Source: Moniliella sp. 'wahieum' (Eukaryota). Taken from it: a stretch of 64,000 nucleotides of DNA. The position numbers and the translations under genes were made by a program. The notes beneath the pieces are model-generated. The model ran no database searches. It saw only the letters and a list, made by a program, of their open reading frames with translations, and was not told the origin of the DNA. The DNA lies in assembly GCA_003971905.1 (NCBI GenBank), contig RSEE01000009.1, positions 930,001-994,000 of the forward strand, in the 5' to 3' direction. This document shows, piece after piece, positions 54,369-64,000 of this stretch; position 1 is the stretch's first letter; each line of letters begins with the position of its first letter.

Positions 54369-57300
54369 TCAAGCCGACTCGACATCCAGCCCACGTTCTG
54401 CCACCTCGGGATCCAGACCAACTCGCTCTCCCGCCCGAGGAAACAGGCGGGTAACGCGAACTCGGCTCTCGTCCCTGAGTCTGGGTCTGGGTCTGAGTCT
54501 GGGTCTCGGCCTCAGCCGCACGCCGGCCTAGGAACCGACACAGATCGCCCAGCACATCCGTCGCACTTTCTTGAGCATCCAGCAACCCCAACCGGTCATT
54601 TGACCACAGCTCCGGACCGTCGTCCCCACTTCCAAGGATGGGTACAGAGGCACGCAACCGCGGGGGCACGACGCGGGTGAGGGTACGACGCAAGGCCAAA
54701 GCGCGGTCGAGCAAGGTAGTAGCTGCCGCGGCTTGACAAGGCCCGCCTTGGAAGATGGTGCGGTTGAGACCCATGTGGCGTAAAAAGGAGAGCCATTGCA
54801 AGCCGGCATGAGCCAAGAGAAGATCGCGCGGTCGTCGGCTAGACTTGCGCTCGCGTTGGAGGCAGTGGGTTCGAGGGCGGAAAGAGGTTCATCCAGTGCG
54901 CCAGGACCGAGGACGAGATCGACACATGCCGCCGCGGCCGCGCGTGCACCCAGCATGGGCGAACCCGATTGCAGAGCAGTAAGGAGAGGCAGGGCCACTT
55001 TCACCGCTCCGTCCGCGTCGGCCTGGAGGAAAGACCAGGCGGCGAGGGTGATTTGGGTGAGGTAGTACGCCGGGGTGGCCTCAACAGTTTTGCTCTGCAG
55101 ACGGTCCAACAGCGCTTGTAGTGCAATCGCCTCGCGTCTCCACCGTGCCTGCAGCCGAGGAGGTGAGTAAGTCAATCTTGAGGAGACCACGACGAAGACG
55201 ACCGAAAAATTCGCGCAAGAACGCATTGACATCTACGCCTCCACCGGGAGCGTTGGCCTGCTCGGTCGGCAGTTGCGATTGGCCCCTCGGAAGCGACCCT
55301 GACGCTGACGCAATTGGGTTGGAAGTGAATTCCCTCTCGCGCCGCACACGGGCGCCGAGGGTAGTGGGGCTGGCTAAGGTGATGAGGTAGGGAAGGAGAG
55401 TGGACCAAATGGCGTAGAGGGCAGCCATGTCGGTCGTGTTGGCAATCAAAAGAAGGGGTGATCCTAAAAAAGGAGGGACTCTTTGTCTCCCTTGACCAAC
55501 GCTGCTGCCGCCGACGTTTCCGCCTCGGACGGAAGCAGGAATAATGCGTCTTCCAACGGAAGGTTCAGCACGTCCGGCAGCCAGCCCGTCTGGTGCAGCT
55601 GGGCTCGGGCATGAGTCCACTGGGACAGTGCGTATTTCCGGGTTACAAGCCCTACCGCATGCGTAGGCGAGCCAAACGGCCAAGAGCAAGAGCCAAGAGG
55701 CCGTGTACACGCGCTGCGGTCGCGTCATTCGAGACAGTATACCGTCTTCTGGCTCCTCGTCCTCCCTCTTGTCCGCCCAGTCAGGCTGTTGCTCCTCCGT
55801 CTCATCCAATGCCCGAGCAATCAAATCGACCTGGAGGATAGTGTGAACCTTACGGAGCAGGGAACGCTCCACAAAGGCGCCCCAGCCGTCTCGAAGCCCA
55901 CAAACGAGTCCACGCATCGGCCTCAGCTCGTGCTGCGATGGAGGCAAGGACGCGAGGCGGCTGAAGGCCCACAGACGCAGAATGTTCCGTTCTGAACGAA
56001 CGCATTTTCTCCAACGCCAGCCATATGGTCCCCAATTATCCGAGATAGCGCACCTGGGCCCGATTGAGGCGCACCAACAAACGCCCGCGAGCCTGGGCTG
56101 CCGCAACGGGAATCAAGGTAGGCCGGGCCAAGGCCGCATCCAGCGTGAGGCGGCGATTGCGAAGGGTAGTGCGCTTCCCATTCGCATAAGAGGTCTTGAC
56201 ATGGAGGAAGATTGTTTGAGGAGTGTATAGTAAAGTGGATAAGAGTAAATAGAGCGCACACAACGAACGACAGAAAGCGGACCACCTCGATTAGCAAGGT
56301 CCAAGTTGAGACATGGTCATAGTGATGCACCCCCACAGGATTGAAAGGGGTAGCACGCTTCCAGAGTTGCTGCGAAGCCCCTAAAGCGCGTCCACCGGGG
56401 TGGGAGGCCGAACCCGGATGATGTAGTTCCGAGTTGGTGCCCATCATGGTGAAGCCAAGAAGATGGCCATAACGTACGACCCGGTCGATTGCGCCACACC
56501 AAGAACCTTCAGCGGAGGCAGAGCCAGAGGGCATATCATCCAACTCGTCATCGGAATCCAGCAAGAAGTCGTCCATGGGATCGTCCGGCTTGTCCTCCTC
56601 TTTGATCGGCCGGAGAGCTGCCAACCGATCCTCTTCAGCATCCCTTTCCCGCCGCGTCTGCTCCATCTCTTGTAGCCACACAAGCAACACATCGTCTCCC
56701 CGCGGAACGAGCGGATCAGCTCCTTCAGTCCCTCCACCTCGGACGAGAGCTGAATCTCACGCTTCTTGAGGTGATGAATGTACTCAGTCGCTTTGCCCAA
56801 GATCGTTGCCTTGTTGAGTTTGGTTGCCGCACTGACACCATCCACGAGGTCCTCGGGCATTCCCTTTTTGCGGTGGCTTTCGCGGGACCAGAGACGTGGA
56901 GCCACCATTGTTCTTAGGTGTCAAGTCACGCAGCGCTGGGACGGCATTACGGAGGGTAGCGATGCGGTCGTTGATGTTATCACGGTAGCGGCGCTCGATC
57001 GCATTGTGTGGTACCTTGTTCGCGCTGCCTCGTCTGGGTCGGAACCCTTGCGCCGACCGCGACGCCGCGTCTTTTGGGCTGCTTCTTCCGCCTCCTGTTG
57101 AACTTGAACCAGGGTCGGGTGGTTGGCCTGGTGGATGAGACGAGCTTGCTGGCGGAAGTGCAGCTGCATCATGATCGAGTTGATGCTGTCAAAGGCTGAA
57201 ACGCATGGAAACAATAGAAGTTAGTACAGTATCCTCTCAAGCCAGGATACCAGCACAAGGACAAGGAAGGAAACTTGGGCACGCACCTCCTGGCGGCAGG

Positions 57301-58795
57301 ATGCCCCACTTGGTCTTGTCGGCTAGGTCTTCGATTTTGACCATGTTCTTGGCATGGATGGTAAGCTTATGCGCCAAGGATGTATCCGATTTGATGCGTT
57401 TGCTCGGGTCCGTGTCTTGAAGCCTTTGGTTGGAGAGACGATGCTTCAAAGCCAAGTCCTTAGGGGTGCCATCCAACGTCGCGGCTCGGCCACGGCCGCG
57501 GCGGATCGGACCAAGACTGCCTTGATTGGTCGGCAGGGGGCCCGGACCCACCGTGGCATCCGATGATGATGGGTTGCGATAAGGAGCTGAGGTCGATCCG
57601 AATGCACCTGACGACGGAGGCGAATGGAGGAGGATTGCCCTGTTTGTTTGTCGAGCTCTGCCAGTTGGGGAAATCAGGAGCAAATGTGGCCGACAGGGGC
57701 GCCATGACCGACGGCTGGTCGGGATAGAGTTCTGCCAAAACGTGTTGGGCGCTGCCGACCCGTCTTGGGCGTTTGATAAGGACAGCGAGAGTGGGCGTTG
57801 AGGGGGGGCAAGCGGGGTAGGCATGGACGCTGTACCCGATGAGAACTGTTGAGAGTCGCTTAAGGCAGCAACTGGGTCACATTGAGGTTGGATGGGAACA
57901 CTCCAGCTGCGTTGCCTTGTGCGTTCACCCCCGGGTTGAAAGCAGGAACAAACAGAAGGGCCCGGGGGGTGAATGAGGGGTTCTGCGACGGAGTCGAATC
58001 GCCAGAAGAGGTGTCGATCGCTGATTGGGACCAAGGTGTACCTGAACCCTGTTGGGGCAATACCGACGCATACCCAGACTGGGATCCAAATTGCTGTTCG
58101 TACTGCTGTTGCTGTTGTTGTGGTTGCTGTTGCTGCTGCTGCTGCGGCTGCTGTGGGATGGCAGCGGCTGTTGCTGCTGCACAGACGAAAAGAAAACGGA
58201 TCCATCATGGGATTCGGCTGCCCGCTCTGCTCACCAGATGGGTTGTAGGTATTGAGCAGTGAAGTCACGTCAAATCCAAGTTGTGGATACTGGCCTTCCG
58301 GCACTGCCTGGCCACCAAGGCAAAGCTGGCCAGGCCAGAGTCTGGCTGGGTGCGAAAATCGGTTTGCATGGTTTGCTGGGAGATGGAGGGGCGACCAGAA
58401 GTATCCGAGGAAGACAGGCCCGGAGAGAGTGACATGCCATACGACGGCTCAGAGGCAGAGTAGGAGGAGAAGGCCGGGGTGCCCGACTCGGATGGGCCGT
58501 CGGGCTGACGTGGCGGGGTGGCGTTGACTCCCGAAGGCGTTTGGAGATGGGTGGGAGAGATGACGCCGGGGTTGATGGGGGTGCGTCCGGTGGGAGGACA
58601 GTCGGGCGGCGAGGGCTGAGCTGGGAGAGGGAAAAGCATGGTCTGGAACGCAGCATTGTCGACGCCCGTCGCCGGGGTTGGTAGCGGCTCGACGCCATCT
58701 GCGGGGGGACTGGGAGAGCCGCCGTTGAGGGCGACGCTGTGGAGGTACATGGCCAGCGATGCATCGTACGGCTGCTGCTGGACAGGCGCGGCCAT
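54369..58795 (-). CDS. SRE1: SREBP-type membrane-bound bHLH-Zip transcription factor (Sre1/SrbA-like)
   Basis: HNAIERRYRDNINDRIATLRNAVPAL at ~56930-57010 carries the SREBP-diagnostic Tyr. Also KLNKATILGKATEYIHHLK, downstream hydrophobic segments (LLIEVVRFLSFVVCALFTLI), a Q-rich N-terminus and an intron near 57199-57283. Confidence 0.88.
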
Positions 58796-58936
58796 GCTGG
58801 GCGAGGAGCGTGGCGGCGGCGGTGGTGGCGGGGCGAAACGAGGGCGACGGGCTGGGCCGGACAGGCTAAAGGCGGGAGCGCAAGGGTTGAAGATGCCTGC
58901 GGACCCTGCTAGGGCCGTGGGACAAACTTATGGCGT

Positions 58937-60390
58937 CTGAATCTGAGCGGCTGAGCGCTGAGCCTCAGCGCTCAGTGTATCCTGCACGGGGCAGGCTGAG
59001 TAACCGAGTGCGCTGCTGCCCGGGCGCTCGGACAACAGTGTGAGCATTGCACGTACTGTGCTAGCGCCAGACGGGCAACGTACGTAACGCGTAACCGGGT
59101 AACCCTGTTTAACCACCCTTGGCGTTGCACACAGCCCACGCGCTTACCGCACGGGGAGTGCCATGCGTCACACACCCAGCCGCTGTCTGTGTAGTGCGGC
59201 GTCCTGGCTGCGTCCGCCTGCTGCCGCCCAGTGCCCAGCGCCACGGGCGGCTGCCACCCTCGCATGCACCGGTTTGCGTGCTGCCGCGCCACAGCAGCAG
59301 CGCACGCAAACAGAAGAGGCCTGGTGCAGCATGTAGACAGCCAAGCACCCACCCGCACGCACCGCGCCGCCCTCCCACCCAGCCACCCTCCCCGCTCACC
59401 AGCCGCCCTGCGCCTCCGTCCAATCGAAGCCTGCAGCATCCGGCCAGTCTGGGCCAGTGCACCCTGCCCACCGCGCCCATCCCGATCCGGGCCCTGTTGA
59501 CACCCTGCCGGCACAGCAGCAGTGTCCAGCCCCAGTAAGCCCCAGTAGGCTGGGGCTGGTACCGGGGAAGAATAACCGGCAACCGGTGACCGGTGACCGA
59601 GGGGTGGTATATGTCCTGGCATCTAGATACCGCAAGTAACGTGGCCCTGGAGGCATCTTGGATTCAATATTCAATCTCCAGAGCCTTGAGCGCTTCAGCG
59701 CACTCAGCCGGAAGAACCTGCGTGTCGTCCTCTGGCCCGCGTACCCCCTCCCGAGTCTTCGCTACTGAAATTACTGAAACCAGCCGCCACGATCGCCAGT
59801 CGCAGACATCGATCAGGATTGCATATTGCTTTGCTGCATATTGCATTGACCGCATGCAAATGCCTTACGTAGCGCGTGGCGCCTTACGCGTTACGCCCTG
59901 CGGTTGGTAATCGACGCTGCCCTTGACCTCTCGTTTCAACTGAAGCTCCACCGTCGTAGCATGCGACAAGAACCCATTGGCAGAGTGGGAACCGGGAACC
60001 AGCAGTCGATAATCGGTCGTCTAACGTTTATTGATTATCGAGCTAGCTAGTAACTAGTAACTAGTAGCACAGTACTTCCGTGTCACAAGCCACATATCAC
60101 TATCACACACTACGTCTTCCGAGGTATTGGCTCGTCACGCGTCACGCATCACGCGTCACTCGCGCCATAGCTCACGCGCTCTGGGAGGATCACCGAATCA
60201 CTGTCACTAGTGTCACTAGCACTAGTCACTAGGTCAGGTGTCACTGGTTCCACGAGTTGTGAGAACGTACCCAAAGGCTTTGCGGCGTTAACGTTTAACG
60301 TTTAACATTTAACGTTTGCCCTTCGGTGGTTACTTATTGCAAGACCGGGTACCGGATACCGGGGTTACCGGTTACCCGCGGTTACCTACT
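58937..60390. repeat. Heptamer-palindrome field upstream of SREBP
   Basis: (GCTGAGC)x2, CGTAACG-CGTAACC, (GGTGACC)x2 at 59585, (ATTCAAT)x2 at 59662, (AGTAACT)x2 at 60049, CGTCACG-type x4 at 60133-60160, GTTTAAC-type x4 at 60286-60313, GGTTACC x3. Confidence 0.88.
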
Positions 60391-60879
60391 GGTTGTCGCT
60401 CCCATGGCCACGTCACTTGTCGTTTCAAATTTTACGATTCAAGGTGAATTCCAACGGCTCAAATTTGAAAGGCCTGTAAAGCTTGTAAAGCGCCAACGCT
60501 TCCAAATCGAAAGGCCCACGTGCTATGGAGTGCGGGGGTCCCTACGGGCTGATTCAGCTGTGGAGCAACCATCAGCTTCAAGCTTCAGAGAGGCGCGAAC
60601 AAGGAAGGTAAAGTAGTGGGCCCCAAAAGGTTTTAAGCACTTCTTCAAGGAAGGAGACAGGAGACAGAGAGGAGACAGAAGACAGAGAGGGGAGATAATT
60701 GCGAATAGGAGGAGTACCAGCAGAACCATTCCTGTCTATAACCACACAACAATCATTAAGCGCGAGAGCGTCGAAATACGGTCCATACATGTGCTTAGGA
60801 TCACGAGGCGATCGCCACTTTCCACCGCCCACGCCTCCTAAACCGTCAGCAAGGCCGGCAGCGTCAGACTCTGTCGCAC

Positions 60880-61830
60880 GACCGGTTGTTCAAGGTGTAC
60901 TATCGATCTGGGTCGAAGAATGACGGGGATACTACTGTTGCTGATGACGTATTCCGTCACTCTGACCTCTCTTCCACGGCTCTAGCTCTTCCGTGGCTGT
61001 GCTTCAGACTTTGTATGGGAGCTTTCGGCCCGTGCTCGAGCTCATACCCAGTTAGTCCGATCCACCGTTGGGCGCGCGCTTGGAGTCCGACGGGATTAAC
61101 ACCGCATTCGCGAGACTTGGTGCCCCCTGTAGACCCACGTTGGGCCGCCGCGGCCTCCTCTCTCCCCAGCTCTTAAGGTTCGCGGTGGCTGTGGGGGCTT
61201 GTGAGCGGATCTATGTCCCTCATAATGCCCCTCTCCGGGCAGCCATCCTTTTGCAGGCCCGCGACTCAGCGCCGTAAGGACGTAAAGCATCAGGCGTAAC
61301 AAGACGACTAGGTGTACGGTCGCACTACTGACTGCCCCCATTTCAAGGTCTGTCAACTCACTTTTGACGATGGAGTACATTACGATGCGAATTCCTGATC
61401 GGTGTGGGAAACAGGTTGAGCAAGATGATGCACTTTTCATCCGTTTGCTCACGCGAAGGACACGGTGCTGTGACTAGCTCACCAGTCTGTCCACAACGTC
61501 TTCCGCTACCATATGGCCTGCCGCGCGACTTGTGTGATCTCAGACCGTGGTCTCACCTTCACGAGCCACTTTTGGCGAGCCCTCCGGTTCAGGTGACTTG
61601 GGCATCAACCCCAGGATCGTAAGTACAGCGTATCATACATCACCCCCAGTTGAACAGACGACAGACAGAGAGTGACCAGGATATTTTCGTTGCTACGGGA
61701 TGAGCAGCAGTGTATAACTGGGTTGATCTTCTCCCCACGGCCGAGTGCTTACAACTCATCCCCCAACTCCAGTAGCACAGGCGCATTGCCCCCGTTTCTT
61801 TGTGTACGGTTACCCTCCCCGATAGCGGGG
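60880..61830 (+). mobile_element. Decayed Ty3/Gypsy pol remnant (RNase H end plus integrase)
   Basis: Collinear fragments YYRSGSKN..VADD, RIYVPHNAPLRAAILLQARDS, YDA..NRLSKMMHF, YGLPRD/ISDRGLTFTSHFWRAL, STAYH, AYNSSPNSSSTG..PF. Many stops and shifts. Confidence 0.85.
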
Positions 61831-63111
61831 GAAGGGGTCAAACTCTTGATGCGTTTCAAATAGTAGTTGTATCCAGCTGAGGCGGGGGGACCCTTCAGGT
61901 TAGAGAAGGGAAAGGCAAGGGTTAGTGAACACATTCGGGAGACCCTTTCCGAGTCGGGAACGAGAGGAAATCAAACTGGCCACAGTGCGCTCCGTCCCGA
62001 TAGTAGACCAAACATGAGGAAGAACATATGATAGTCCCACGGACAAGGGAGGAAGGCCTATCGTCCCCAAAAGGATAAGGGTCGATGGTCGCTTTGTCTA
62101 TCCGCCATGGTAGAACCGTTCCACCATCGTGACTAGGTTGGGGCTGGAACCGAGCTCTGTTAAGATTGGACAAAGCGAAGGGACTTCGATCGGATCAGAT
62201 TGGCGGAAGCCCGTAACGTGATGGGATGTTTAGGTCTCACTTCTAATACGACTGCATCGGGGAGATGGCATCGCTATTAGATCGGCTGACCCATCTAGAA
62301 ACCGAGGCGTACTCGGGACGTGTAGTTGAGCCAGAGCCCCATTGAGCATTTTTGGGAGCAGAACTTTTGTCGAGGTTAGGAAGGTAAGGAAGTCGGCTTT
62401 CTACCCAAACTCTTCGCCGGCCCCTCTTTTTCCGTCGACGGTGACATGAGACACCAGGCTCCTCTCACACAAAGGTGTGTCCTCACGCCTAGAGAAACGG
62501 ATTCCCTTTATATCAAGTGGGCGAGGCGCGGTAGTGTATATACTTCCCTGTCGTCTGAAAACAGGCATGGGTGCATGGGTCTGGACATTATCATCATTAG
62601 TAGATCCGTGTGCCACCACGCGCACAACGAGTGTGGATATATATGAAAGCATCCCCCCCTTTATCCGTGGCGCTATATCTCGGCCCCTCGTTCCACCAAA
62701 CTGTCCGCGGCCATCGCCTTGGCTGTGTCTGGGGCTACACCTTCAGTGCAGACCTTGGGGGCAAAAGCGAAGTAGCGACCTTGGGTCCTCCTGCCAAATA
62801 GGACACCAAGCACCATTACCGGGTGCCCCCTTTTGGTCGATGGTCGATGCTCAGGCATGTTGAACGCTTCATGTGGCCCGTAGGGACTAGGTAGGGACTA
62901 GGGAATGGGCACTGGTTAAAATCTAAAAGTTGATGATTCAATGTTTAACGTTGGGTGAGGCTCTAGGCGCCACACACCAACCCCATGCCCGGCCGACGGA
63001 GGCCGCATCTTAGAGGCACCCCGGCACTGTGGATGGCCGGCGCGGGGTGGCTCGATGACGTCGGGTCTGGGCTCGGGGCCGGCACACAGGCGGGGCGCGA
63101 TGCATGCTGCT

Positions 63112-63300
63112 AGATGATCGATGATCCATCGATGCGCCTCGGCCGTCAGCGCCGGAACACTGGTGCTGTGCTGCGGCTGATGGCGCTTGGATCTCAGCGA
63201 GCTCCGATCCAGATCCAGATGCCTGGTCGATGATCGATGATCGATCATCGACGTCGAGGCGCAGAGGGCGCCACAGACCACAAGGCGGTACCGGTTACTG
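63112..63300. repeat. Heptamer-palindrome cluster
   Basis: (GATGATC)x2-GATCATC at 63229-63249, GATGATC x2 at 63113, GGTTACT. Confidence 0.8.
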
Positions 63301-63473
63301 GGTTGCCTGCCGCACGGGGGCAGTGGGGCAGCCATCCGCACTGCGTCGGTCCCGAGTCGCCGGCCTGGTCCAGCCGCAAAAGCGCTGCTGGGGCATTTTT
63401 GGTCCCCACCACCACTGCTGCCCCCCTGGCCTCGCCCCTCTCCCCTTTCCCCTCCTCTGCCTCCCTGCCCGCC

Positions 63474-64000
63474 ATGGAGCACAACGCCATGCCGCTGCGC
63501 TTTGGAACGCATGTTGCGCTGTCTGGCGAGCTGGCCACATTGCCCGCCCAGCGTCAGCCCCGCCTGTCGTGTGCGCGACACCTGCTCTGCCCCGCTGCTC
63601 CCCCGTCCGCGCTCGGCCGTGCTCAGTGGCAGCCACATGCGCACTGCACCCGACTTGGGCTACTTTGTCAACCCCCGCTCCTCCCGCCGCCGCCGTGCTG
63701 GTCAGGCACAGGCGGCACGGCGTCCCCGCAGCTATGCTGGCGCAGGTGTCAACCACCCGTACCTCCTCCCCCCTCCCATGCCGCTGCATGGTCTGCGTTC
63801 CAGCCCAAGCTGTGCCAAGTCCTTCTCCACTGCCCCCGCTCACTACATCTCTCCTACTACCACGCCCGCCTTGGCACCGGCTCGTCCGAGCCAAGTGCCG
63901 AGCCCCGCTGGCTCGTCGACGTCGACGTCGGGCCTTCCGCTGCTCATGTCCTCGCGCGCCTTGTCTCCACCGGAGGACACGTTGCCCACACCCGCTATGG
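63474..64000 (+). CDS. Possible 5' end of a low-complexity protein (3'-truncated)
   Basis: ATG in GCCATGG context after a pyrimidine tract, followed by GC-rich P/S/A-coding sequence. No domain recognised. Confidence 0.3.
   Translation, partial: MEHNAMPLRFGTHVALSGELATLPAQRQPRLSCARHLLCPAAPPSALGRAQWQPHAHCTRLGLLCQPPLLPPPPCWSGTGGTASPQLCWRRCQPPVPPPPSHAAAWSAFQPKLCQVLLHCPRSLHLSYYHARLGTGSSEPSAEPRWLVDVDVGPSAAHVLARLVSTGGHVAHTRY

Overview
This is eukaryotic, GC-rich, intron-poor fungal DNA. It is most likely a basidiomycete of the smut lineage (Ustilaginomycotina); that placement is inference from protein style and short GT-CTAAC-AG introns. Nearly every conserved gene, including RPL3, carries single-base frameshifts, which points to an unpolished long-read assembly, so CDS ends are approximate. 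Recognisable genes are HRQ1, COA8/APOPT1, DPH4, RPL3, a Yat1/FacC carnitine acetyltransferase, an Osh3-type PH protein, an MTP8/11-like CDF transporter, CTF4, an SDR, an endosulfine, a Ykt6-like longin protein with no visible SNARE, an SRPK, a PDK, an intron-containing tRNA-Glu(TTC), SREBP and a decayed Ty3/Gypsy pol. The most striking unexplained signal is non-coding. Gene-upstream DNA is packed with period-7 tandem arrays of odd palindromes that follow one rule, xyTNAy'x'. I saw 14 of the 16 possible types, and they sit in local domains that share one central triplet.
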